Below, one piece after another: positions 12,301 to 23,969 of a stretch of 64,000 nucleotides of DNA (position 1 is the stretch's first letter; every line of letters begins with the position of its first letter). A model generated the notes under the pieces. The model was not told the origin of the DNA. It saw nothing but the letters and a program-made list of their open reading frames with translations, and ran no database searches. Position numbers and translations under genes: made by a program. Location of the stretch: the NCBI GenBank assembly GCA_043228905.1, contig JBHGNT010000010.1, positions 11,284,001 through 11,348,000 on the forward strand, read 5' to 3'. The DNA is from Azolla caroliniana. Its lineage: Eukaryota > Plantae > Polypodiophyta.

Positions 12301-14485
12301 CATCTAGGAAGTCATCGACCTCCTCATCGGCCAACCCGTCGAGCATATGGACCCCTTCCACGTATAACGGCGAAGTGTTGAGGGCGACGGGGACTCGTTC
12401 TTCAGTGATGATTCGGACTTTTGTCTTTCCTCTTCGGAACGAGATCATGTTGCGTTGCCAATGTTGCTTGATATTCGTTGTACGCAACCATGGTCGACCT
12501 AGTAACATTGGGTAGGCGTCTTGTGTCTCCAGTCGTAGCACGATGGCCGAGATCGTGAACATGTGGCCTCCGAGTGTGAAGTCGAGATGGTGGATTAAAC
12601 CAATGGGGCGAACGGAGCGGGTGTCGGCCATCCGAAGCCAAAAGGGGCATGGTTCCCATTGATTCAAGCCTAGGTTGAGACACGTTGACTCGCTAATAAC
12701 GTTTACGCCGGATCCGCCGTCGATGATGCATCCGTGCAGGTCTTGTCCCTTAACGATGATTCGCACGGCTGGGTTCTTAGAATCCATGAGTGGTGGACCG
12801 GTTCCTACTTCGGTGAGGTGTACCGGTGGTGTCACGGCCTTAGTATTGGCCTGGAGTGCCGCCAGGGTGTCTCGAAATCTCGGCATGAGTGGTAGTAGTT
12901 TATGTAGGGGCAGCAAGATGCAGGAGTTGGTAAGAACATCCCATAGCTGGTCGTCCTCCGACGACGTGGATGGTGTCGGGGTTTGTGGTTCTTCATTGGG
13001 CCCGTCCCTCATGTCAGTTTGCATGCGTGCGGCATTATTTTTATTGGTCGTGTCGACCCATTCTTTTGCTGCCTGTCGTACGTCATCCTGGATTTGCCAC
13101 TGAGTAGTTTGTGCTTTACCCCGGGTAGTGACCGTTTGAACATCGGCCATGATATTGTTCACCGCGGGTGCCTTGCCACGGTTGGTTGTCGGACATTGCA
13201 TGGCGTAGTGGCCTGGTTGATTACATTTAAAACATGTCACGTTGGCCGAGCTGCTGGTGTCCGCTCGGTCTGTGTTTGGAAGCTGTTGTTGTTGATTCTC
13301 GGTCTCGTTTGGTGGTGAGTTGTTCCGAGGTGCGTTGGAGTTGCGCTGGTCATGTTGAGGAGCGTCCCGTCGGCGGTTGTGATTAGGTCTTCTATTGTAG
13401 CGTGTGTTGCAGTTGTCGTTTCGCCGATCAATGTGTGAGTCCTTCGGTCATACCGATCATCGCGATCGTCATCGTATCGAGCATAATCGTCATGCCGGTC
13501 ATCGCGATAATAATCACGGCGGTTATCACGTTGGTAGTCGTCGTCTCGGCGCCATCGATCCGAGGATCGCGGTTGGTTGTTATCCTGGTCTCGGTAGATA
13601 TATCGCTCGTCCTGCCGAGAGTATGTATTCCGTTGTGCGGTTCGGCATATTATATTCGCACTGCTCGACCGTGTGAGCTCGAGACTGACAGATCGGACAT
13701 TGTGGTCGGTGGGGACATTCGAGGGCCAGGTGCCCTAATCCTGAACACGCAGTGCATTGGAGGGCTTGGCGAAAGCGATTGTCCTCTTGGGGAAGAGCGT
13801 TTTGCAAGGATGTCATCGAGAAGGCCGTGCCGTGCTGGTTCCGATCGAGGGCGAGAACGCGCACTATGACTTTTTCGATAGTATGGTTGGCGAAATTTGT
13901 AAGTGCGAGAGTCGTTCGTAGAGGCTCTCGTAAACTGGATAGGAAAGTGTCCGGTATATGTTGTGCCGAGACATCATCGGCCACTTGTCTGTAGAGATCC
14001 TGGAACCGGATCGTGAACTGCGCGACCGTTTCGTGCGGTTCCTGGCATATAGAGAAGAATTGCCGGAGCAGTTCCCGTTTAGGCACCTCCCGATAAAAAA
14101 GTTCAAGGAACTTTGTGCGCACGATTTGGAAAGTGGTGGCCTCTCCTATTTCGAGGCGAGAGTACCATCGTGCGGCCGGTCCATCGAGGGAGAGTGTGAA
14201 CTCGGCAATCTTCGAGGCATCAATTTCGGCCGGCGTGAGGCGGTGCGTGGAGTGGTTAGCTTGCCACGTGGATATGAAGGCACGGACGTGTGACTCCGCG
14301 TCTGGTCCGTCGGTATATCGTGGGTATGGGTACGGCATGATGTCGTACTGTGGGTCTTCTGGTAGCACCGGAAAAGGGTTTAGTTCCGGTTGATTGACCT
14401 CCGGAGGGCTCGACAGGGGTTCTGGTGGTGAATCAACTCGCGATCGAGTGTCTAGTGGCGAGGATTGCACTGGACAAGCCCCCAA
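9330..14485 (-). pseudogene. Ty3/gypsy gag-pol (gag, zinc knuckles, protease, RT, RNase H, integrase), disrupted
   Basis: CFKCNQPGHYAMQC, IIDGGSGVN, CVDYRKLN, FLDDF, YSTTEREAL, KWGLDFVGPF, SDQGGHF and YYPQANSLAE, with a few TAG stops and frameshifts. Confidence 0.95.
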
Positions 14486-14643
14486 TTGATCGGGAAAGGA
14501 TTGGTTAGTGATCGCCGAGTCGAAAGTTCCTTCGACTGGCTCAGGGCGTCGGGCGGGTGGCCGAGACCTCGTGGTGCGAGAGGACGCCGTAACGGCGGCT
14601 GGTGGTTACCTTCAACGAAGTTCGCTGTGCACTCACAGCTGTA

Positions 14644-14656
14644 ACCGGGCGTGCCA
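14644..14656 (-). promoter_or_regulatory. Primer-binding site, tRNA-Arg type
   Basis: TGGCACGCCCGGT starts after a 5-nt spacer downstream of the 5' LTR. It is complementary to the plant tRNA-Arg(UCU) 3' end as I recall it. Confidence 0.85.
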
Positions 14657-14661
14657 AATTG

Positions 14662-15117
14662 TGTTACCCGTTCCTTTGGGTGAACACCTTCGATAGATCT
14701 GTGTCTATCGGTCTTCAAGGGCGTGGTACGTGAAGGCTCGTAACAGAGGCGTCGAGAGAGATACAGGGCTCAGAGAGAAAACACTAGCGGGGTCTTGATA
14801 GACGTGGCGGCGTAAAACTCATAGGTATGGATCAAAGCATAGACTCATGCAGCAAAAATAGGCACAGATCAGATATATTACTATGACAGAAAAGATTACA
14901 GAACACGGCCTATGGCAGGTGACCTTACGAGTCTATCTAATTACGAATGACTAAGCTAGTGCTTCCGCCTATAGTTTTCTTCTCTCCCCTTCTGAGGTAT
15001 TGCTCCTCGTTTAAATAACCTTTCCCCTAATACACCGCCGAGCCGTCGGTGGCCCGTGATACTCGGACTCGGCGTTTGCTAATTTCCTAATTTTACATTT
15101 CTGTCCCCTGGACAACA
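14662..15117 (-). repeat. 5' LTR of the gypsy element
   Basis: Direct repeat of 5202-5657, followed by the PBS and gag. Confidence 0.95.
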
Positions 15118-15648
15118 TACAACATCTTGTTGTCGGTGTGTGTACTCGTTGGTGCACTCACGTGATTTTCCTCCACGAGCAACATCGACTGAAGCTCGAA
15201 GAACGAAGGCGTAATCTCCCTTGTGCATACCGCCGTCCGGAACGCTCGGAACTTTGACACTAACCCACCAAGACAAACCTGCACCATTTCGTCCTCCTTG
15301 ATGTTCACGTTGACGAAGGCCAGAGAGTCGTAGATCTCCTTGATTCGGGTCGTGTAATTGGCCACAAACAGATCTTTCTGTCGGATATGGTTGAGCTCAT
15401 GCCTGAGCTGTCTCTTCCTGGTCATTGTGCTAGCGACGAAAATCCTCTTGAGATTCGCCCACACGTCCTTTGGCGTCTTAGCATCCCGAATGTAGCTCAA
15501 GAGTTGGTCGCTCACACAGGACGCGAAGTAGTAAAGAACTTTGTTTGTTGCTTGTTCCCAAGCCGAAAAATCTTTGTGTGTCGATTTGGGTGCTACATCA
15601 TTAGCTCCTTCGACATAACTCCAGTAACCATGAGCAAGCAGGTACTGG
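15118..15648 (-). mobile_element. Ty1/copia gag (copia C, 5' part)
   Basis: HQYLLAHGYWSYVEG..LLSYIRDAKTPKDVWANLK..ELQSMLLVEE; homologous to 24509-25102. Confidence 0.9.
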
Positions 15649-16102
15649 TGTTGTAGGTTTTAGGGTTAGGGTTAGTGATCATTATGATAAAGATAGACAT
15701 GGTGAGTGTGATGATAGCAATGGAGATGGTGATCGGTGCGGGATGTGCATTGAGAAGCATTGCGGGGTGGGGGGTGGTGCCTAGATTGGCTCCACCCCCC
15801 TCCCAAGGGGGTTCAACGTTAAGGGGGAGAGAGACAGAGAAAGATGTCTGAGAGAGAGAGACAGAGAGAAATGATCATTGTATTCATTCATTCTCCATAA
15901 GGAGTTAAATAGGTACAAAGGGGTAGATCCACAAGGGTGCAAGCCCCTTTGGCATTCACACCTAGTCACTCACTCACACCTCTTTGTATCTACCACATTC
16001 ACACTCATAATCGTATAAAATCACACATACATGTCCACACATTACATCTTTCACCCTCACTTATCACACTTATCAATCACCCGTACATCTCGTATGGTAA
16101 CA
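15649..16102 (-). mobile_element. Unpaired LTR (454 bp), probably the 3' LTR of a minus-oriented element
   Basis: TGTTG..TAACA termini interrupt copia gag. The minus strand has CCTATTTAA followed by an AATGAAT/CT-rich tract. Orientation is inferred. Confidence 0.7.
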
Positions 16103-16107
16103 CAATA

Positions 16108-16147
16108 TGGCACGCCCGTGGGAGACTGCCTTGCACGTCAATCCCAC
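16108..16147 (-). other. Second tRNA-Arg-end/hairpin motif next to an LTR
   Basis: Plus-strand TGGCACGCCCGTGGGA with GTGGG-N20-CCCAC; same architecture as 5660-5699. Confidence 0.8.
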
Positions 16148-16254
16148 ATGCCTTGATCATAATCTTTCTTCGACCAGAACTTCCATCGGTCCTCTCAATG
16201 ACTGACTCCCTCGATCGGAGCGCTTGACTCGAACATCTCTGTCAGTCAATGAAT

Positions 16255-16550
16255 CTTCATCGACACAACTTCTTATCATCTTCCACATCCCTATCTTTGC
16301 ATTTTTTGTCATTGTCATCCTTCTCCTTGTGTTTCCTACCGTTTTCATCTTTATCTATGTGTTTCTTATTATTTTCGTCACTTTCTCTACGTTTCCTATC
16401 ACCTTCATCCTTGTCCTTGTGTTTTCTATCATCCTTTGTATATGTGTCTTTGTGTTTCTTCAGAACCTCAACATCTCGATCTCTATGTTTCTTATCCTCT
16501 TCATCTCTTTCTCCGCTTCCATCACTATCATAGTCAAAGTCATTGCTTCC
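16255..16550 (-). repeat. ~30-bp degenerate repeat encoding a D/K/H-rich peptide
   Basis: The minus frame reads DEEDKKHRDRDV..DDRKHKDKDEGDRK..ENGRKHKEKDD. Confidence 0.55.
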
Positions 16551-16585
16551 AAATTCGCTTTGTCAACATCATTGCCTTCATCTCT

Positions 16586-17195
16586 TCAGGACCGTGCAGG
16601 GTCGCTCACATCTATTGGTGTTCGTGTCTCCAGTGAGGATCGTACATGGTCTTCTCATGCTCGTTGGTGTTCCAGTTCCCGGTGAGGACCGCACATGGTC
16701 GCTCACGTCCGTTGGTGTTTGTGTCTCCGGTGAGAACCGCACATGGTCGCTTATTTCCATTGATGTTCCTGTCTCCGGTGAAGACCGTACATGGTCACTC
16801 ACACTCGTTGGTGTTCCAATTCCCGGTGAGGACCGCACATGGTCGCTCACATTCGTTGGTGTTCATGTCTTCGGTGAGGACTGCACATGGTCACTCACAT
16901 TGGTGTTTCTGTCTCCGATGAGTACCGGACATGGTTGCTCATGCCCATTGGTGTTCTAGTTCCCAGTGAGGACCGTTCATTGTCACTCACACTCACGTTG
17001 GTGTTCCAATCTCCGGTGAGGACCCAACATGCTTGCTCACACTCACATTGGTGTTACAGTCTCCGGTGAGTACCGAACATGGTCGCTCACGCCTGTTGGT
17101 GTTGGTGTTCTAGTCTCCAGTGAGGACCATAGATAGTCGCTCGCGTTCACCCATGCTCCTATTTCTGGTGAGGACTACTCATGGTCACTCACTCC
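16586..17195 (+). repeat. ~48-bp tandem repeat array (~12 units)
   Basis: Unit approximately CCGGTGAGGACCGCACATGGTCGCTCACACTCGTTGGTGTTCCAGTTC. Confidence 0.9.
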
Positions 17196-17660
17196 GGGGA
17201 GGATAATGTCATAGACATGACAATAGTCATGTCAAGATTTGAACTCTTGACCTCTTGACATATATAGTCAAGTGTTGTGTTCTAACCAACACATCCAAAT
17301 ATATGGTCATGTTATGTATATCTTAGAAGATTATTAGTAGATTATCTATTTCAAGTTCTAGGAGCTTTTAGAAAGTTCTAGAGGGTTCTAGAATATTCTC
17401 TAAAATATTCTAATGCATGTACTTCGACTCACAGTATAAATACTTGTAAACTCCTTGGTCCTTTTCAAGGGATTCAACACCAGTCATTGACACATCAATC
17501 TATTATTCTTGTTTAGCCCCATTTACATCTTTGTCTTTATGCTCTTGTATTTTCATAGCGTCTTAAGTTCCTCATCTCATCGCTCCCAACTTCCCGAGTT
17601 TTTAGCCTCATCACGTCGAGTTCCACGTTCGTAACCTTCTCGATCGTAGCCTTGTCATAT
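17196..17660 (+). mobile_element. PPT and start of a 3' LTR of another LTR element
   Basis: GGGGAGGATAA directly followed by TGTCATAG at 17207; TATAAATA near 17435. Confidence 0.6.
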
Positions 17661-17832
17661 GTGCTTTGTCGTAGTCACTATATATAGGAAAGATACACTC
17701 AGAGACTCGGAGGCAACGACCTCGTGCTCTGTATCTTTGCCAACTAACGGTTATAACATGTTGGGAGACAGGTCCCTCCAGATGGTAAGGGAGAAGAACA
17801 GTGCTAATGAACAAACTCGGCCAAGGCCGAAA

Positions 17833-18048
17833 CCAGATGAGGAGTACCCGGCTACGGAGAGCCGGATGGTGCAGACCCGGTGACAACCGGATGAGGAGTA
17901 CCCGGCTACGGAGAGCCGGATGGTGCAAACCCGGTGAGAACCGGATGAGGAATACCCGGCTACGGAGAGACGGATGGTGCAGACCCGATGAGAACCGGAT
18001 GAGGAGTACCCGGCTACGGAGAGTCGGATGGTGCAGACCCGGTGAGAA
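17833..18048 (+). repeat. 54-bp tandem repeat in LTR U3 (4 units; 3 units in the 3' LTR)
   Basis: Unit CCGGATGAGGAGTACCCGGCTACGGAGAGCCGGATGGTGCAGACCCGGTGAGAA. Confidence 0.9.
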
Positions 18049-18271
18049 CCGGATGACGAGTGCCCGGCAAGATCCGGATGATGCAAGCCCGGTGAGGAGC
18101 GCTCTCCGGATGAAGAGACATATTTGTAAATATGTTTTTGAGAGTCCATCGTGGCTATATTTGTAAATAGCCGAAAAGTCATATTAGTATAAATATGACT
18201 TAGGGCAAACTTTTATGTTGTTGATGTCATTCTCGTTGGTGAAAGGAGAGAGAGTGTGTGTAACTGTGTAC

Positions 18272-18303
<32 letters not shown>

Positions 18304-18602
18304 GTCGTTGCCTCTGTTGTAACCGCCGCCTATGGCGAGGATCGTGAGCACGAGGTCGTTGCCTCCATGAACTAACAGTTGTACATTCTAACATAGTGAT
18401 AGTTTGCAGCCTGTGGGCTGCCGTGGTTTTTCCCCTTAGTTTGGGTTTTCCACGTAAACATCCTACGTACTCGTCTCTTCTTCGTGTCGTTCATTATTTC
18501 CCATTTTCTGTGTATGATTCTAAGCTCGGTTGTGGCCGAGCGTCGTGTAGAAGGAGTGTCTTAGTTCCCGTCAAGTGGTATCAGAGCGAAACGACACAGA
18601 AA

Positions 18603-21600
18603 ATGGACGAATCGTTTGGCGGCATGTTCAAGCTCACCGGCTCCAACTATTCAGTGTGGAAGTCGAAGATGAGGGACATGCTCGTGGTTAAAGACCTCTG
18701 GCTGCCGGTTCAGTTCGAGGACAAGAGACCGGACAAAATCGACACCACGATATGGGAGGTGATGCACATGAAGACAACGGCGTACATACGGTGCTTCATC
18801 GACATGAGCCTGTACAACAACTTCAATGAAGAGAGCAAGGCTCATGAGCTCTGGGAGAAGATCGGCATAATGTTTCAAAACAAAAATGCTGTCAATCAGG
18901 TTTCGGTATTCCGGAAGCTAGTAAGACTCCGGTACCAAGATGGCTCCAGCATGACGGAGCACATGAATGCCTTCCAGGGGTTGATTCACCAGGCAACTTC
19001 ATTGGAAGTACCTCTCGCCGATGAGGTACTAGCGCTACTCCTGCTCGGTTCCCTCCCGGATAGCTGGGAGACGTTGGTTGTCACTTTGGGCAACGCCGGG
19101 CCGGAAGGAAAACGGTTATCCCTAGCAAGAGTAAAGTCGAGCTTGCTAGATGTGGAGGCGCGTCGGAAGGATAAAGATACGAACTCCGACTCCAAAGCGC
19201 TCCTTACCGAATCGGAACGCGGAAGACATAGAAACCGTAGTCCCCAGAACCAGGAGAAGTCGGGGACACGGTCAAAGTCAAGGGGGAGGCCTACTTGCTT
19301 CTATTGCGGCAAGCCGGGACACTTCCAAAAGAACTGTTGGCATTTCCGAAAAGACAAGGAAACCAACGGTACTGATTCGAAGCCACCCCGGACCGGAACG
19401 GTAAAGATCGAAGGGGGCCGGACCAGAAGGGAACGACGGCAATCACGGCAAGTGAAGAAGAGTTGATGCTCATCACCGATGAGAGTGAGATAAACCTTGC
19501 CGGCGACGAGATGACCTGGGTGGTAGACTCCGGAGCGTCGTTCCACCTTACCCCGGACCAGAAATGCTTCTCATCCTACTCAGCCGGTGATCACGACTGT
19601 GTCCGGATGGGGAATGAAGGTACATGCCGAATTGTCGGCATAGGAGACGTGTGGCTGACAACACCAACCGGATGCAAGTTGCTACTGAAGGATGTCCGAC
19701 ACGTTCCGGAGGTTCGACTGAACCTGATATCAGCCGGTCGGCTAGATGATGAAGGCTACACGGGTAGCATCCGGAACGGTGTCATGAAGTTCAGCAAAGG
19801 GAGCTTGATTGTGGCTCGGGCCCGAAAGGTCAACACACTGTACCTGATGAATGCTCGGTTATGTCAGGAAGAAGTGAACGTGGCATCAGACACTACCGGT
19901 GAGTTGTGGCACAAGAGGCTGTGTCATATGAGCGAGAAGGGGATGAAGAGGCTTGCAGACGACAACCTCATTCCAGTGAAGAACGTGCACTTGGAGAAGT
20001 GCACTAATTGTCTGGCTGGTAAGCAAAACCGAACCTCCTTCCGACCAAGGCCACCGATGAGACGTAATGCACCACTGGAGTTGGTGCATACGGATGTGTG
20101 TCAAGTGGACACGAAGCCACATGCCGGAGCGTAGTACTTCGTGACGTTCATAGATGACCACAGCCGGAAGCTGTGGGCCACACCGTTGAAGACAAAGGAT
20201 CAGGTGTTATCCGTCTTCAAAGAGCTCCACGCGAGAGTGGAAAGAGAAACCGGCCGGAAGCTGAAGGCGGTTCGAGCAAATAACGAAGGAGAATACCGAG
20301 GGAAGTTCGAGGAGTACTACCACTCGAAGGGAATACGGCTCGAATTTACCGTGCCGAAGACGCCGGAACTAAACGGGCTGGCCGAGAGGATGAACCGGAC
20401 CATAATGGAGAGGGTCCGGAGTATGCTGGTGCATGCAAAACTACCCAAGAAGTTTTGGGTTGAGGCATTGACGACGGCGACATATGTGATAAACAGATCA
20501 CCCTCAGTACCCTTGGACGGAGACACGCCACAGAGAGTTTGGACCGGTAAGGAAGTGTCCTACCGGCATCTGAAGGTGTTTGGTGTGTCACGTACGTGCA
20601 TGTAGCTAAGGACCAGAGAGGAAAGTTAGATCCAAAGACCCGGCCATGCATATTCCTCGGTTACGGTGATGATGAGTTCGGCTACCGAGTGTGGGACCCA
20701 GTCGACAAGAAGGTATTCCAGAGTCGAGATATTATCTTCATGGAGGACAAGACGCTCGCCGACTGGGAGTCGGAGAAGAAGGTAATGAACTCCGAGTCCA
20801 CCGGTAAGGATCGACTCTACGATGAGCAGACCCAATCGGCAAGAGACCGGTTAGCACTCGAGGGACCAGCCGGTTACGGTGAGGATACCGAACAGGCTGA
20901 AGAAGTAGTAGAGGAAGTTGAAACCGGAACCGACCAAGACCCCGAATCGGATTCAGGTGAAGAGCAAAAGGAGGAGCCGGTTACCGAAGCCCGAAGACGG
21001 AGATATCCTCTTAGAGAGAAAAGGCCCCCCCGGAGATTTCCGGATGCAGAGCATGTTCTGCTGACCGATGAGGGGGAGCCGGAAAGCTTCGAAGAAGCGA
21101 AGGATGACACCCACAATCGCAAATGGTTAAGTGCCATGCAGGATGAGATGGATTCCCTACATGAGAACCATACGTACGAATTGGTGGAGTTGCCGAAAGG
21201 AAAGCGGGCACTCCGTAACAAGTGGGTGTACAAGTTGAAACCGGGAGACGCCGGCAACCCCCCGAGATACAAAGCCAGGATCGTGGTGAAGGGGTTCCAG
21301 CAGAAGAAGGGCGTGGACTTCGACGAGATATTTTCCCCGGTAGTAAAGATGACCTCCATCCAGACGGTGCTGAGTATGGCGGCAAGCATGGACCTCGAGG
21401 TAGAACAGCTGGACGTGAAGACAACATTCCTTCACGGCGACCTCGAAGAGGAGATCTACATGCAGCAACCGGAGGGATTTGTGGAGAAAGGGAAGGAGCA
21501 CCTGGTATGCCGGCTGAAGAAGAGCCTGTACGGACTAAAGCAGGCTCCCCATCAATGGTACCGGAAGTTCGACTCCTTCATGGCCGATCAAGGGTACCAC

Positions 21601-22647
21601 AAGACGTAGGCCGATCACTGCGTGTTTGTGAAGAAGTTCGAAGGAGGCGACTTCCTGATACTTCTTCTGTACGTGGACGACATGTTGATCGTCGGACGGG
21701 ACCAAGCCAAAATACGGATGCTGAAGAAGGCCCTCAACCGGACCTTCTCAATGAAAGACTTGGGTCCGGCAAGACAGATGTTGGGGATGCATATTATTCG
21801 GAACCGGTCAATGAAGCAATTATGGCTGTCATAGGATAAGTACGTGACAAAGGTGCTTCAGCGGTTCAACATGTCAGATGCGAAACCGGTCGAATCGACA
21901 CTTCCAGCAAACTGCAGGCTATCCGGTAAGCAAAGCCCGAAGACGAAAGCAGAGAAGGCGGATATGATGAAGATTCCATATGCCTCTGCCGTCGGGAGCT
22001 TGATGTATGCAATGGTGTGTACCCGACCGAATATAGGATACGCAGTCGGAGTGGTGAGCCGGTTTATGAGCAATCCCGGCAAGGAGCACTGGAACGCGGT
22101 CAAATGGATACTCTGGTATTTGAAGGGCACTTCAAATATGTGTCTCTGATTCGGCTCCGGAAAACCTCAACTTGACAGTTTCACCGATTCGGACATGTCG
22201 GCTGATGTGGATACCAGCCGGTCTACATCCGGGTATGTAATGACATATGCAAGGGGAGCTATTTCGTGGCAATCGAGGCTGCAGAAGACGGTTGCATTGT
22301 CAACCACGGAGGCGGAGTACATGGCAGTTGTGGAAGCCGGCAAGGAAATCTTATGGATGAAGGACTTCATCGGAGAGCTCGGTATCCCGCAAGATGAATA
22401 CCGGCTCTATTGCGACAATCAAAGTGCCATCCACCTTGCTAGGAATGCGGCCTACCATTCCCGAACGAAGCATATCCAGCGAAGATATCACTGGATCCGG
22501 GAAAGAGTAGATGACCAAGAGTTCGCACTAATGAAGATCCACACGGCCAAGAACGGGTCAGATATGCTGACCAAAGTTCTGATACCCGACAAGCTGGATG
22601 CATGCCGGAAGAGGATCGGACTAGTAAGACATCCCATGCCGGAGTGA
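18603..22647 (+). pseudogene. Copia A gag-pol polyprotein with stops and frameshifts
   Basis: CFYCGKPGH, WVVDSGAS, LWHKRLCH, TPELNGLAERMN, QLDVKTTFLHG, LLYVDDML, STTEAEY and ends HPMPE*. Confidence 0.95.
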
Positions 22648-23408
22648 AGGGGGAGTTTGTTGGGAGACAGGTCCCTCCGAATGGTAAGGGAGAAGAACAG
22701 TGTTGATGAACAAACTCGGCCGAGGCCGAAACCAGATGAGGAGTACCCGGCTACGGAGAGCCGGATGGTGCAGACCCGGTGAGAACCGGATGAGGAGTAC
22801 CCGGCTACGGAGAGCCGGATGGTGCAGACCTGGTGAGAACCGGATGAGGAGTACCCGGCTACGGAGAGCCGGATGGTGTAGACCCGGTGAGAACCGGATG
22901 ACGAGTGCCCGGCAAGATCCGGATGATGCAGGCCCGGTGAGGAGCGCTCTCCGGATGAAGAGACATATTTGTAAATATGTTTCTGAGAGTCCATCGTGGC
23001 TATATTTGTAAATAGCCGAAAAGTCATATTAGTATAAATATGACTTAGGGCAAACTTTTATGTTGTTGTTGTCATTCTCATTGGTGAAAGGAGAGAGAGA
23101 GCGTGTAACTGTGTACAGAGAGAGAGAGAGAGAAAGAGGTCGTTGCCTCTGCTGTAACCGTTGCCTGTGGCGAGGATCGTGAGCACAAGGTCGTTGCCTC
23201 CGTGAACTCACAGTTGTACATTCTAACATAGTGATAGTTTGCAGCCTGTGGGTTGCCGTGGTTTTTCCCCTTAGTTTGGGTTTTCCACGTAAACATCCTG
23301 CGCACACGTCTCTTCTTCGTGTCGTTCATTATTTCCCGTTTTCTGTGTATGATTCTAAGCTCGGTTGTGGCTGAGCGTCGTGTAGAAGGAGTGTCTTAGT
23401 TCCCGTCA

Positions 23409-23426
23409 TAACAGAGTATAACTTTG

Positions 23427-23468
<42 letters not shown>

Positions 23469-23682
23469 AACAGTTATCACTTAACAACAATATGGCAACA
23501 ACACACACAAAAGTGATTGCCCTGAGTCATATTTATACTTTTATGAACTTAGGGCTATTTACAAATGTAGCCTCAATGGGCTTACTCAAAACATATTTAC
23601 TCAATATGTCTTCTCTTCTAGTTCTCACCGAGTCCTCTTCATTCATAACCGAATCCCATCCGGAGGGACCGATTTCGCAACA
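23409..23682 (-). mobile_element. Inverted LTR fragment of a related copia family, split by element A (remainder ~17665-17758)
   Basis: Minus strand starts TGTTGCGAAATCGGTCCCTCCGGATGGG and has TATAAATATGACT. The motif CACGAGGTCGTTGCCTCC continues on the far side of element A. Confidence 0.75.
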
Positions 23683-23839
23683 CTAATAGCCCAAGTCTAT
23701 CAAACAAATTTGAAGTCCTTAGTCAGTTAGAAGAAGAGTTAAACGACTAAGTCCAGCCAAAATAGGAGTCGTTTGGTTGGACAACCCTAATTCTGTGTAG
23801 CCCATTAGTGGTTCCATTCCCTCTAAGCAAGTTAACAAT

Positions 23840-23960
23840 GTGTTTTTAGCTCAAGTAACAATTAGTACTAAAGGTATCCCTCTAGTACATGTCTTAGCAC
23901 TCTTAGATTCCAGAGCTAATTTTTGCTTCATGGATAGGAATTTTGCCCAAGCTCATCCCC
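23840..23960 (+). mobile_element. Ty3/gypsy aspartic protease fragment
   Basis: VLALLDSRANFCFMDRNFA resembles the LLDSGA..F(I/M)D..F motif. Confidence 0.5.
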
Positions 23961-23969
23961 TAGCTATGA

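Larger units (their letters stand above)
5202..15117 (-). mobile_element. Full-length Ty3/gypsy LTR retrotransposon (non-chromovirus, Athila/Tat-like) nested in copia gag
   Basis: Two near-identical 456-bp LTRs (5202-5657, 14662-15117; TG..CA), TSD TACAA at 5197-5201 and 15118-15122, and gag-PR-RT-RH-INT order. The host gag reads NKMLY|TEQDS across the insertion. Confidence 0.97.
17759..23408 (+). mobile_element. Full-length Tnt1-like Ty1/copia element A
   Basis: LTRs 17759-18573 and 22658-23408, TSD TAACA, Met PBS 18576-18587, PPT 22646-22655. Confidence 0.97.

Noticed and set aside
16224-16685. Hydrophobic membrane-protein-like ORF on the plus strand
   Set aside because: It is the antisense of a purine-rich D/K repeat, so the hydrophobicity is a compositional artefact.
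16586-17195. CRISPR-like appearance of the 48-bp array
   Set aside because: Whole units are homologous, there are no unique spacers or cas genes, and the context is a eukaryotic TE.
17611-18182. Repetitive ORFs across LTRs (also 22488-23027 and 50093-50673)
   Set aside because: They are by-products of the LTR tandem repeats, with no independent evidence of coding.
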